DNA from: an uncultured Porphyromonadaceae bacterium
Lineage (GTDB): Bacteria > Bacteroidota > Bacteroidia > Bacteroidales > Muribaculaceae
Reading direction: 5' to 3'
DNA: 54,631 nt
NCBI GenBank assembly: GCA_947177145.1
Contig: CAMWTL010000001.1
Location: forward strand, 1-54,631
Shown: piece after piece, positions 17,852 to 27,609 of the stretch
Position numbering within the stretch: position 1 is the stretch's first letter
How the letters are laid out: every line of letters begins with the position of its first letter
The notes under the pieces: model-generated
Database searches by the model: none
Seen by the model: only the letters and a program-made list of their open reading frames with translations
What the model was told of the DNA's origin: nothing
Made by a program: the position numbers and the translations under genes

Positions 17852-17868
17852 ATCTCTTCCGAAGAGAT
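17852..17868. repeat. 17-bp inverted repeat, right copy (itself palindromic)
   Basis: ATCTCTTCCGAAGAGAT; followed by a TATATTTG -7-like box at 17872-17879 on the + strand. Confidence 0.85.
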
Positions 17869-17969
17869 TCTTATATTTGCTAAACATCTTCTAAATTAAC
17901 ATTCCCCCCCCTCCTTTAATCTAATCATTTCCCCAAAAATTTCTCTCCGGAAACCCCTTCTCCTCTTCC

Positions 17970-18099
17970 CCCAATGCGCCAGCAGGTTTACCTCCGGGTG
18001 CCTCCCTCCCAATGCGCCAACAGTCTCGTCTCCTATCCCCTCCCTACCGATACGCTACCAGCCTCCCTTCCGGCTGCTACCCTCCCAATGCGCCAGCAG
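17970..18099. repeat. Degenerate 38-bp-period tandem repeat, 4 units (core CCCAATGCGCCARCAG)
   Basis: Cores at 17970, 18008, 18046 (degenerate ACCGATACGCTACCAG) and 18084; exact 38-bp spacing; 22-bp linkers all ending CCCT. Confidence 0.8.
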
Positions 18100-18218
18100 A
18101 TTTGTCGCAAGGTGAGAAATCCAAATCGTCCCAGCTTCAATTTACATATCTCATCCCTTCCTGAAGGCAAATCCCAAATTTTATACACCACATTATTCCA
18201 TATTCTCCAAAAAATATC

Positions 18219-18226
18219 TAACTTTG
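18219..18226 (+). promoter_or_regulatory. Putative -7 promoter box for the GH95 gene
   Basis: TAACTTTG about 110 nt upstream of ATG 18338; no clear -33. Confidence 0.5.
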
Positions 18227-18337
18227 CCGTTATCATAAAAACCCCTCTCTCAAACCCAACAAAAAAACCTCCCTCAAACCTCATAAAAATTTCTCACAAA
18301 TAAATAATAAAATCCCCACAGATACATAATACCACAT

Positions 18338-20869
18338 ATGACCCGCATAAAAACATTAGCCATCGCTGCCCTCATCTCCTCACCGGCAATAATGGCTACC
18401 CCCAATAACCCAAACATCACAACTAACCCAGTCAATAGCCCAAATATCACTGTCAATGCTATTGATAACCCTCTATCACTAAACTTCGATCGCCCTGCCG
18501 ACTACTTCGAGGAGACATTCGTAATCGGCAACGGCAGTCAGGGGGGCATAATCTATGGCAACCCCTCACGTGAGCGGATCTCACTCAACGACATCACCCT
18601 CTGGAGCGGTGAGCCGTACACTACCCCCTACAATCCCGATGCAGCCAAACATATTCCTGCCATTCGCGAAGCCCTCGACAAGGGCGACATCCGTAAAGCC
18701 GAAGAGCTACAGCATCTGATGCAGGGCACCAACAGCCAATATTATATGCCCCTCGGCAACCTCTTCATAGATTTCCACGACAAGACAGCCACTTCCTCTT
18801 ATTCCCGTTCGCTCGACCTGACCACGGCAACTGCCTCCGTCAATTACACCAAAGGGGACAATGCCGTCACCACCACATATTTCGCCTCTGCCCCGGACAG
18901 CGTTATAGTGGTCAACATTTCCGCTGCTCACCCAATCTCCTTCACGTTGCAGTTCGACTCCCAGCTTCCTTTCACAGCCACATCTGCCGGACACAGGATT
19001 ACAGCCGACGGGTACGCCCCCTATGGCTTCGAGCGTGTAAAGGATGAAAACGGCAACTGGCAGGAGGTATTCCAATACGACCCCCAACGGGGTGTACATT
19101 TCCGCACAAACATCACAGCCGTGACTCCCAAAGGCACCGTTACCCCTTCCGCTGACGGTACCCTCACCGTGACGGATGCCTACGACGTGAATCTCCTTAT
19201 TAATATAGCCACTAATTTCGCCGATGCCCATACCCTCCCTGCCAAGTCCGGTATCGACGAGAAAGCAAATGCAGACCGACTTGCCGACAAAGCTGCCGAG
19301 AAGTCACTGAGAACACTCCTCTCCAACCACCTCAACGATTATCAGCCACTCTTCTCGCGGGTGGAGGTGGATTTCGGTACCACCGACCCGACGATAGCAT
19401 CTATGCCTCTCAACAAGCGACTGATGAACTACTACGATACAAAAGCCATCGACCCTGACTTGGAAGAGCTATATTTCCAATACGGTCGCTACCTACTTAT
19501 CGGCTGCTCACGCACACCAAACGTTCCTGCCAACCTTCAGGGCCTCTGGAACGAGCACATGTATGCCCCGTGGCGTGCCAACTACACTGCCAACATCAAC
19601 GTGGAGGAAAACTACTGGCCCGCAGAGGTCACGAACCTCAGTGAACTGCATATGCCACTCTTGGGATTCGTAAATCAACTACCCCAAGCCGGGAAAGTGA
19701 CTGCCAAGACATATTACGACATCGACCGTGGCTGGTGTCTCGCCCACAACACTGACATCTGGGGTATGACCTGCCCAGTAGGTTTCGGTGCTGACGATCC
19801 CATGTGGGCAAACTGGAATATGGGCGGTGCATGGATGGCATCACACATCTGGCAGCACTACCTATTCACCCAGGATCTCGACTTCCTCCGTGAATATTAT
19901 CCCGCTCTCAAAGGTGCTGCTGAGTTCTGCCTTGACTGGATGATTGAGGACGAAAACGGTAACCTCATCACCTCCCCCTCAACCTCCCCCGAAAACCAGT
20001 TTATCGCTCCCGACGGTCAACCAGCCGCTACAAGCAAAGGTGGATTCGCCGATATCGCAATGATTCGCCAATGTCTTACCGACACACGCGACGCTGCCAA
20101 GGTCCTCAATACCGATGCTGAACTGATAGCCGAGATTGACGCAACCCTTCCACGACTCGCTCCTTATAAGATAGGTGCCAACGGGCAGCTTCAGGAGTGG
20201 GCTGTAGATTTCACGGAAAAAGATCCGCAGCACCGTCATCAGTCACACCTCTACGGGCTCTTTCCCGGCAACCATATTACACCTGAGACAACCCCCGAAC
20301 TCGCAAAGGCTGCAGCGCGTACTCTCGAAATCAAAGGTGAAAACACCACCGGATGGAGCACCGGCTGGCGCGTCAATCTACTCGCCCGACTTAAAGATGA
20401 TGCCAAGGCATACTCTATGTACCGTCGTCTGCTCAAATATGTAAGTCCCGACGGCTACAAGGGAGAAGACAGACGCAGAGGTGGCGGCACCTACCCCAAC
20501 CTCCTCGATGCCCATTCACCCTTCCAGATTGACGGCAATTTCGGCGGTACAGCCGGAGTGGCTGAGATGCTCATACAGTCAACCGCCGAGCCGGAACAAT
20601 CGGTCATCACCCTTCTTCCTGCATTACCTCAGGAATGGGCTGACGGATCATTCAAAGGGCTCAAAGCACGTGGCGGCTACGAGATTGATGCTGATTGGAA
20701 AGATGGTCAAGTAACATCCTTTACCATCACTGCCCCCGACACTGCTGCAGCTCTCGACCGCTTCCCCGTCGGCTCACGCAATACCCTCGTGACACTTTTG
20801 GTCAACGGCAACTCCATCCCCCTCATCCTAAAGTCCGGAGAAACCCGTACCCTAAACCTTAAACCCTAA
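18338..20869 (+). CDS. Glycoside hydrolase family 95 (alpha-L-fucosidase-like), secreted
   Basis: Signal peptide; [66 protein letters not shown]. Confidence 0.95.
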   Translation: MTRIKTLAIAALISSPAIMATPNNPNITTNPVNSPNITVNAIDNPLSLNFDRPADYFEETFVIGNGSQGGIIYGNPSRERISLNDITLWSGEPYTTPYNPDAAKHIPAIREALDKGDIRKAEELQHLMQGTNSQYYMPLGNLFIDFHDKTATSSYSRSLDLTTATASVNYTKGDNAVTTTYFASAPDSVIVVNISAAHPISFTLQFDSQLPFTATSAGHRITADGYAPYGFERVKDENGNWQEVFQYDPQRGVHFRTNITAVTPKGTVTPSADGTLTVTDAYDVNLLINIATNFADAHTLPAKSGIDEKANADRLADKAAEKSLRTLLSNHLNDYQPLFSRVEVDFGTTDPTIASMPLNKRLMNYYDTKAIDPDLEELYFQYGRYLLIGCSRTPNVPANLQGLWNEHMYAPWRANYTANINVEENYWPAEVTNLSELHMPLLGFVNQLPQAGKVTAKTYYDIDRGWCLAHNTDIWGMTCPVGFGADDPMWANWNMGGAWMASHIWQHYLFTQDLDFLREYYPALKGAAEFCLDWMIEDENGNLITSPSTSPENQFIAPDGQPAATSKGGFADIAMIRQCLTDTRDAAKVLNTDAELIAEIDATLPRLAPYKIGANGQLQEWAVDFTEKDPQHRHQSHLYGLFPGNHITPETTPELAKAAARTLEIKGENTTGWSTGWRVNLLARLKDDAKAYSMYRRLLKYVSPDGYKGEDRRRGGGTYPNLLDAHSPFQIDGNFGGTAGVAEMLIQSTAEPEQSVITLLPALPQEWADGSFKGLKARGGYEIDADWKDGQVTSFTITAPDTAAALDRFPVGSRNTLVTLLVNGNSIPLILKSGETRTLNLKP

Positions 20870-20884
20870 ACCTTAAGCCAAACC

Positions 20885-21724
20885 GTGCGCGATACACTTC
20901 GACATCTTCGCTCCTCCCTGCGACCAATATACGGCGACCGAGAGACAGAAGCCATAATAAGAATAATCTTCCATCACCTCAAGGGATGGAACCTCACCGA
21001 TATGCTCATACACGAGCCGGAACCACTCTCCCCTTTTATAAAATCGGAAATCGACAAAATCCTGCAACGTCTGCTGCGCCATGAGCCAATCCAATATATC
21101 ACCGGAGAGGCGCGTTTCCACGGACTGGAACTCCATGTTACTCCCGACGTGCTGATTCCACGTCCCGAAACCGCTGAGTTGGTGGACATAATAGCCGATG
21201 ATGCCAAAGACCGTACAGATTTAAAGGTGCTCGACATCGCTACCGGCTCAGGCTGCATAGCCATTGCTTTGGCACGCACCCTCCGTTTCCCCCGGATTAC
21301 CGCCCTCGACATTTCTCCTGCAGCTATAAAAGTTGCACAAGAGAACGCCCTCACCCTCAAGACCGACATCAGTTTCATCTGTGCCGACATCTTCAGCTGG
21401 AGCAGCAACGACCAATTCGACATAATAGTCAGCAATCCGCCCTACATCGACGAGTCGGAAAAAGCGTCGATGGAGAAAAACGTACTCGACTACGAACCGC
21501 ACTCAGCGCTCTTCGTGCCTGACAATGATCCGCTGCGATTCTACAAACGTATCGCCAACCTTTCCGAAGACCTCCTCGTAAAAGGGGGACGGCTATATTT
21601 CGAAATCAATCCGCGACACGCCTCCGACCTTTCACATCTCCTGAAAGCGCAAGGCTACTCCGACGTGGAGATCATAAAAGATTCCTTCGGGAAAGACCGG
21701 TTCATACGTGCTACCCACCCCTAA
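20885..21724 (+). CDS. prmC: Peptide chain release factor N5-glutamine methyltransferase
   Basis: EPIQYITG, VLIPRPETAEL, LDIATGSGCIA, SNPPY, YEPHSALF. Confidence 0.95.
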   Translation: MRDTLRHLRSSLRPIYGDRETEAIIRIIFHHLKGWNLTDMLIHEPEPLSPFIKSEIDKILQRLLRHEPIQYITGEARFHGLELHVTPDVLIPRPETAELVDIIADDAKDRTDLKVLDIATGSGCIAIALARTLRFPRITALDISPAAIKVAQENALTLKTDISFICADIFSWSSNDQFDIIVSNPPYIDESEKASMEKNVLDYEPHSALFVPDNDPLRFYKRIANLSEDLLVKGGRLYFEINPRHASDLSHLLKAQGYSDVEIIKDSFGKDRFIRATHP

Positions 21725-21745
21725 CCACTCCAAACAATAAAAACC

Positions 21746-22237
21746 ATGTCCTCCAACACCCCTATCACCCCGGAAGCCGCAAAAATACGAATGGCTGACC
21801 TCTGTGCCCGTTCCGAGCAATGCGAAGCCGACATCCGTCAAAAATTATACCGCCTCGGACTCACCTCTTCGCAGGTGCAGCAGATTGTGACTGAACTGAT
21901 CGAAGAGAAATTCATCGACAATGCCCGATTCGCACGTAGCTTCGCACGTGACAAATGCCGCTTCTCCTGCTGGGGACGACATAAAATACGTCTTGCCCTC
22001 GCTGCCAAACGGCTTACACCGCAAGACATTGCCCAAGGTCTCCACGCCATTGAGGAAGCTGACTATCTTAATGCACTTAAACGCACAACTATGGCAAAAG
22101 CCAGGTCGCTTGACCTCAACGGTCCTGATGCCCGCGAGGAGCGTATGAAGCTCTTCCGTCATCTTCTTTCTCGCGGCTTCGAGAGCGAAATCGCCTCAAA
22201 AGCCGTCAAAGAGGCATGCAGTCCACCAAAACCCTGA
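21746..22237 (+). CDS. recX: Regulatory protein RecX
   Basis: LCARSEQC, FIDNARFARSF, WGRHKI, LLSRGF; usual prmC-recX neighbourhood. Confidence 0.9.
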   Translation: MSSNTPITPEAAKIRMADLCARSEQCEADIRQKLYRLGLTSSQVQQIVTELIEEKFIDNARFARSFARDKCRFSCWGRHKIRLALAAKRLTPQDIAQGLHAIEEADYLNALKRTTMAKARSLDLNGPDAREERMKLFRHLLSRGFESEIASKAVKEACSPPKP

Positions 22238-22268
22238 ACTCCTCACCTACCATAAACTATAAACCATA

Positions 22269-22946
22269 ATGCTCGCCGATCTCCTCAATATCCTCTTTCC
22301 TCGCAAATGCCATATCTGCCACTCTTCCCTCACCCCACACGAGCGGTTTGCCTGTTCGCATTGCCTCGCTGACCTCCCCCGCTCCGGCTTCCACCGTCGT
22401 AAACTAAACCCTATGGAGGAACGCTTCGCAGGGATATTCCCTTTTGAAAGGGCTACCGGGCATTTTCTCTACAACCGCGACTCTCCTCTTTCTACCCTAA
22501 TCCAGGATATGAAATACCGTCACTTTCCCTCCATAGGCAATATGCTCGGAGAGATGGCGGGCAGAGAACTCTTCTCCACAGGTTTCTTCTCCGATGTCGA
22601 CCTTATTATTCCCGTGCCTATGCACCGTTGGAAACAGATACGACGCGGCTACAATCAGGTTCACCATATAGCCGATGGCCTTAGCCAAGCTACAGGCATT
22701 CCGGTAAACCTAACACTCAAAGCCGTGCGCTCCCACCGCACACAGACAGCCCTCAACCGAGAGCAGCGACTCGCCAATACATCCGGACTCTTCAAAGTAG
22801 AGAATCCCGATGAGGTTGCCGGGCGGCACATCCTCCTCATCGATGATGTATGCACCACTGGCTCCACTCTCATATCATCTGCCGAAACCATCTGGCAAGC
22901 CAAGCCCCGAGCTTTATCATTATTCACTCTTGCCGTCACCTTCTAA
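22269..22946 (+). CDS. comF: ComF family protein (double zinc ribbon + phosphoribosyltransferase domain)
   Basis: LFPRKCHIC..CSHC, PVPMH..RRGYNQ, ILLIDDVCTTGST. Confidence 0.9.
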   Translation: MLADLLNILFPRKCHICHSSLTPHERFACSHCLADLPRSGFHRRKLNPMEERFAGIFPFERATGHFLYNRDSPLSTLIQDMKYRHFPSIGNMLGEMAGRELFSTGFFSDVDLIIPVPMHRWKQIRRGYNQVHHIADGLSQATGIPVNLTLKAVRSHRTQTALNREQRLANTSGLFKVENPDEVAGRHILLIDDVCTTGSTLISSAETIWQAKPRALSLFTLAVTF

Positions 22947-23051
22947 GCCCCGTTAACATTATTTTAACACCTTTAATCCACTTTTTCACCCCTTTCTTTG
23001 TTCTAAAAAATGAAGTTGTTGATAGTTTATCGTAAATTTTAAACAACTTCA

Positions 23052-23083
23052 TTTGGATATTTTTGGAGATAAATGTAACTTTG
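23052..23083 (+). promoter_or_regulatory. Promoter of pyrE cluster
   Basis: TTTG (23052-23055), 20-nt spacer, TAACTTTG (23076-23083). Confidence 0.75.
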
Positions 23084-23192
23084 CATTTTAGGAATTTTCG
23101 TGTTTTTTCGTGGGATAACAACCCCGCTGCAGATTTCACGCCGATTCTCTCCTGTATGTGATGTATAATATACTCTCAACAATTGTTTTATT

Positions 23193-23843
23193 ATGAAAAA
23201 ACCGGAAAGAATTCTTGCCGAGAAGCTCTTGCAGATCAGCGCAATAAAGTTGCAGCCCGAAAACCCGTTTGTATGGGGATCAGGCTGGAACTCGCCTATC
23301 TATAACGACAACCGTCGCATTCTATCATACCCCGACATACGTAACTATGTCAAGGTAGAGTTCGCACGTGTGATTCTGGAGAATTTCCCGGAAATAGAAG
23401 CTCTCGCGGGCGTCGCCACCGGTGCGATAGCATTCGGTGCAATAGTAGCCGATATTCTCGGCATTCCTTATGTGTATGTGCGTTCCACCCCTAAAGACCA
23501 TGGTCTTGAGAACCTTATAGAAGGTAACCTGAAGCCCGGCACTAAGGTGGTGGTGCTCGAAGACCTTGTATCTACGGGAGGCAACTCCCTGAAAGCCGTA
23601 GAAGTGATACGCACCTACGGATGTGAGGTCATCGGAATGACGTGCCTCTTCAACTATCAATTCCCGATGGCTGTGAAACGTTTCCGCGAGGCTGACGTTA
23701 CCCTTGTGCCCCTGTGCAACTACTCAACTATGATAGAGGTGGCTGAGGAAACCAACTATATAAGCCAATCGGAAGCAGATGCTCTGCGTGAATGGCGCGA
23801 AGACCCAGCCGACTGGACTCCCCACAATAATATTCAAATTTAA
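23193..23843 (+). CDS. pyrE: Orotate phosphoribosyltransferase
   Basis: PFVWGSGWNSPIYNDNR, VATGAI, YVRSTPKDHG, VVLEDLVSTGG. Confidence 0.95.
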   Translation: MKKPERILAEKLLQISAIKLQPENPFVWGSGWNSPIYNDNRRILSYPDIRNYVKVEFARVILENFPEIEALAGVATGAIAFGAIVADILGIPYVYVRSTPKDHGLENLIEGNLKPGTKVVVLEDLVSTGGNSLKAVEVIRTYGCEVIGMTCLFNYQFPMAVKRFREADVTLVPLCNYSTMIEVAEETNYISQSEADALREWREDPADWTPHNNIQI

Positions 23844-23844
23844 A

Positions 23845-24282
23845 ATGTCTACATATAAAAGCGAAAAGGTAGAACTCTCTGCCTCTGCAGAGAGTGTCTA
23901 CGCCAAACTATCGAATCTTGAGAACCTGCGTTCTCTCCTTGCCAACGTTCCGGCAGAGAGCGTGCCTGACGACAAGAGAGAAATGTTCGACAGCATTCAG
24001 ATTACCTCCGACTCAATTTCCGTACCTGCCGGACCCGTGGGCGATCTCACCTTCAGAGTGGTTGAGAAAATCGACCCCTCACACATAAAGCTTGAGGCGG
24101 AGAATTCTCCCATCCCCCTTTCATTGGAGATGAATATCAAGCCCATTTCCGATACATCCTGCGACGCTCAGGTTGCCATTGACATAAAGCTACCTCCTAT
24201 GTTGGCTCCGATGGTGGGAGGTCATATCCAGAAAATGGCTGACCAGTTCGGACAGGTGCTGAAGGCAATCCCATTCGCATGA
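23845..24282 (+). CDS. SRPBCC/START-like family protein
   Basis: Likely start ATG 23845 (MSTYKSE); SAESVYAKLSNLENL N-terminus and C-terminal helix typical of the SRPBCC protein found after pyrE in Bacteroidales. Confidence 0.7.
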   Translation: MSTYKSEKVELSASAESVYAKLSNLENLRSLLANVPAESVPDDKREMFDSIQITSDSISVPAGPVGDLTFRVVEKIDPSHIKLEAENSPIPLSLEMNIKPISDTSCDAQVAIDIKLPPMLAPMVGGHIQKMADQFGQVLKAIPFA

Positions 24283-24788
24283 GGAAATTTCTCCCCCTCA
24301 TAACCCTCATTGCACTTTCCTTTACGGGATGCGACTCCGTTGACGACGATCGTATCCCTAATCTTGCTGTGAGTGTTAATATAGGAGATTCGGGTCTTTG
24401 GAACACTTATGGAGTGGCAGGCTTCGGCGCAAGCCGTAACTTTATCCTTACCTCCAACCTCCGGCAACCGTCAGGTTTCCCTTACAGCACACAGAGTGCC
24501 ACGGGATTCGGAGGCATATTGCTGATTAACGGTATGGATCCCTTCACCACCACTACCGATGTCCCCCTTGCCTACGATTTGGCGTGTCCCGTAGAATGTA
24601 AGCCGGATGTCAGGGTGCAGATTGAAGGCGATCTATATGAAGCCGTTTGTCCTGTCTGCCATTCACACTATGATGTTACAATGTCCGGAGGGTCACCCAT
24701 ATCGGGCCCCGCTGCCAAACAAAAATTTGGTCTTCGCCGCTATCAGTGTCTCCCAACCACTCTCGGCGGGTATATTATTACTAACTGA
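24279..24788 (+). CDS. Lipoprotein with Rieske-like (2Fe-2S-type) fold
   Basis: Lipobox FTGC; GFGGILL, AYDLACP, CPVCHSHYD motifs. Confidence 0.65.
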   Translation: MRKFLPLITLIALSFTGCDSVDDDRIPNLAVSVNIGDSGLWNTYGVAGFGASRNFILTSNLRQPSGFPYSTQSATGFGGILLINGMDPFTTTTDVPLAYDLACPVECKPDVRVQIEGDLYEAVCPVCHSHYDVTMSGGSPISGPAAKQKFGLRRYQCLPTTLGGYIITN

Positions 24789-24841
24789 CGTCTCTTAACC
24801 TTTTCTTACCGAGACATCATAATATTTCTGCAATCCGGCAA

Positions 24842-25495
24842 ATGGACTTGATAGAGAGTCTTTTTTATATGTTATGGCGTGGCATCGCCATTGGTATCCT
24901 CATATCGGCTCCCATGGGACCTGTGGGGTTCCTATGTATACAACGTACTCTCGATAAGGGACGGCTCACAGGACTCTATACAGGTGTCGGTGCGGCTTTG
25001 TCTGATCTCTTCTACTGTCTGCTCACCGGATTCGGACTCTCCTTCATAGAAGAGTTTGTGGAGCGGAATCAGAATATCATTCAGCTTGTGGGTAGCGCAG
25101 TGCTTATCGGCTTCGGTATTTACCTTTTCAGGAAGAATCCGGCAAAGACACTTCGCAAGGCAGCCATCGAGGAGTGTGAGCCAAAGAAAAATATTCTTGG
25201 CGGTTTCCTTTTCACCTTCTCCAACCCACTCATTCTCTTTCTTATAATCGGTCTGTTCGCACGTTTCAATTTCCTCGTGCCCGACATCAAGTTCTATCAC
25301 TACATAATAGGATTTGTCGGGATTGTAGCCGGTGCGCTCGGTTGGTGGTGGCTTGTGACGTACTTGGTTGATAAATTGCGCGGTCATTTCAGTATGAATA
25401 CCATGCGGCTTATTAACCGTGTTATCGGTATAGTCATACTCCTCTTTGCCATCGTGGGAATAGTGACAAGTATATCCAACCTCGTCTCGGCATGA
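24842..25495 (+). CDS. LysE family translocator
   Basis: SAPMGPVG..CIQRTL..G..G.GAALSD, FTFSNP; 6 TM segments. Confidence 0.9.
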   Translation: MDLIESLFYMLWRGIAIGILISAPMGPVGFLCIQRTLDKGRLTGLYTGVGAALSDLFYCLLTGFGLSFIEEFVERNQNIIQLVGSAVLIGFGIYLFRKNPAKTLRKAAIEECEPKKNILGGFLFTFSNPLILFLIIGLFARFNFLVPDIKFYHYIIGFVGIVAGALGWWWLVTYLVDKLRGHFSMNTMRLINRVIGIVILLFAIVGIVTSISNLVSA

Positions 25496-26796
25496 TTCCC
25501 CTGCGCCATGCTATATCCGCTCTGTCTTCTACCGTAGTAGCCTTGTGTCCTGCCCTGACCTCATTGCGCCACATAATATTATTTCTTGCACTCCTTATCA
25601 CATCACACACTAATATAGCTTTTGGAGCTGGCTATCATAATTCCGATGCCAACCTACATTGGAACAGAAGCCGTGGCTATAGCCCCTTCACCTACGCTTC
25701 ACCCGAGGGAATACTTCTAACCAACACCACTGCCCAGCCAATGATTGACAGTATAAGCCTCAATCCCCGGCAAAATCTCACCCCTGCTTCTTCCTGCCTC
25801 CTTTCTTTCAGAATTGATAATTGTCACGCCCATCCTTCACGCCGATATGCATACACCGATGCCCACGGTGCAACTCACACACGTAAAGATCCACCTTGGG
25901 CGGTGCTGTTGTCAGATACGGATGGTTGTCGTTGCTGGATTACAATCAGCAAGACAGAGATAAATGACGATATAATCTCATCATCCTCCGGCACAGTAGT
26001 AACCATCTCTATTGCCTCTCCCACATCTACTAAGACTGTCCGTCCTATGGCTGATGCTCTTCTACCCACCGGGAAAAATGGCTCAAACTCCGGCAACCCA
26101 GCCTTTTCCGAGACAATTTTAGCGCAACAGACCTTTAAAGACCAAGCGCTTCCCTTTGTCGGAGAAACACTTTGGAATATCGAATTATCCGACAGGCGTC
26201 TTCACATAGTTGCAGGAGCAACCCAACCCATTGAAATCGCAAACATTCCTATAGGATTATCAATACTCTCCTCATTCGGCTTTGCAGCCTCACCTGGAGG
26301 AGAAATTCTAATTTCCGACATTTCATATCAACCTAACTCCGCTTTCTCTCCAATCTATTCCTCAATACTTCATCCTACTTCCCCAAACAATTCAGATTCT
26401 CTTAATGCTTCCGTTCAAGTCACTGAACAGATACACCGAATCATTGACAATTCCGACGACCCCATTGAAGGGTACTGGGAAATCTTCGATCGTACTCTCG
26501 ACGAGGCACTTCTCAAGCTTGGGGGTGAATATAAATTAGCGATCGTGAAAAATCACGACCGCTATGACATTATCTATCTTGATGGTGCCAGGGTAAACGG
26601 CTCCCGCTGGCAGTCCGGAATGTTAAAAGGGATCCTTACCCCCTCATCCTTTCCGGGTCTCCTTAACCTTGAATGGTTTGACTCTGAAGGGAAAAGTCTA
26701 TCCTATTCAATCACAGCCCAAACAGGTTATAACGGGACTCTCACGCTACAATTCCCATACCATTCATCCGTAATCCGTCTTCGGAAGGCGCAGTAA
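25492..26796 (+). CDS. Hypothetical exported protein
   Basis: 434-aa ORF overlapping the lysE stop (ATGA); hydrophobic N-terminus; true start may be downstream. Confidence 0.6.
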   Translation: MIPLRHAISALSSTVVALCPALTSLRHIILFLALLITSHTNIAFGAGYHNSDANLHWNRSRGYSPFTYASPEGILLTNTTAQPMIDSISLNPRQNLTPASSCLLSFRIDNCHAHPSRRYAYTDAHGATHTRKDPPWAVLLSDTDGCRCWITISKTEINDDIISSSSGTVVTISIASPTSTKTVRPMADALLPTGKNGSNSGNPAFSETILAQQTFKDQALPFVGETLWNIELSDRRLHIVAGATQPIEIANIPIGLSILSSFGFAASPGGEILISDISYQPNSAFSPIYSSILHPTSPNNSDSLNASVQVTEQIHRIIDNSDDPIEGYWEIFDRTLDEALLKLGGEYKLAIVKNHDRYDIIYLDGARVNGSRWQSGMLKGILTPSSFPGLLNLEWFDSEGKSLSYSITAQTGYNGTLTLQFPYHSSVIRLRKAQ

Positions 26797-26798
26797 CT

Positions 26799-27587
26799 TT
26801 ACTCAGGAAGACCACAGATAAAACTTATCATTCCGGGAGCCAAAACATCCTCCAGTTCATAGGCATCAAAGTTGACCGATACCTCTCCTGACGAATAAGG
26901 AGCAATTTCATATATCTGATATACAAATCGTATGCCGTTTGAAGTAATCTCAAACACATCGGGAATAGGCACCTCATCCAGAGGGACAAGCAAATCCACC
27001 TTGTCATCTTTGAGCTGCTTACGGATGAGGTTTGAAAGCTTCTCCTCATATCCCGGGCGCATCAGATCGGATACGGAGAGGATCTTGCCATCGCTCACAC
27101 GATAGTTGACAAACGCTGTCCGATAGCTACCGTGTGCCGCTCCACAAACGTAGTTGGCACAATAGTCTTTCCATACGAGCAAACGGGGAGAAACCAGCGA
27201 CACAGTCAGCGAATTATAGGCACTGCCGCAAGCATTGACATCATCGGAGCTCAAACTGCTGATGACCATAGTCGGATCAAGACGCGGCTCAACCTTGTCG
27301 GTGGTCACGAAGCTGATCGCTCCAAGTTGTTCCAAAGAGTCACGAAGCTGTGAAAGGTCACGGTTGCCGATACGGGTAGGCATCACTCCCTCGCCCGATA
27401 CCCTTACATATTTGCTGCCGGGCTGCGGAAGTGTGTCGCCCTCCACAACTTCTGCAATTGCATCATATTGATAGCTCATAAGCTCCACTTTCGGGAGCGT
27501 CTCATCATCTCCATTTTTAGAAGCGCCGTTGTTGCAGGAAGCAAGCACTGCCAACGCAGCAAAAGCACCATAAGTCAGCTTTTTCAT
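26799..27587 (-). CDS. RsiV/DUF3298-family lipoprotein
   Basis: Lipobox LASC; GAAHG, F.Y.IYEIAPYSSG motifs. Confidence 0.85.
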   Translation of the reverse strand: MKKLTYGAFAALAVLASCNNGASKNGDDETLPKVELMSYQYDAIAEVVEGDTLPQPGSKYVRVSGEGVMPTRIGNRDLSQLRDSLEQLGAISFVTTDKVEPRLDPTMVISSLSSDDVNACGSAYNSLTVSLVSPRLLVWKDYCANYVCGAAHGSYRTAFVNYRVSDGKILSVSDLMRPGYEEKLSNLIRKQLKDDKVDLLVPLDEVPIPDVFEITSNGIRFVYQIYEIAPYSSGEVSVNFDAYELEDVLAPGMISFICGLPE

Positions 27588-27609
27588 AATTTTTGTTAAG
27601 ATTTAATAA

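Noticed and set aside
17970-18099. Mini CRISPR array
   Set aside because: Core is only 16 bp, the linkers resemble each other, the period is too short and no cas genes are in the window; better described as a degenerate tandem repeat
17974-18303. 109-aa ORF (and overlapping minus-strand ORFs) upstream of GH95
   Set aside because: Arises from the C-rich 38-bp repeat and spans a promoter box; no protein-like features
20850-20877. Plant telomere-like CCCTAAA repeat or contamination
   Set aside because: Only four imperfect units, continuous with bacterial coding sequence
20885-21724. DNA adenine methyltransferase (NPPY motif)
   Set aside because: All other motifs and the recX context match PrmC/HemK
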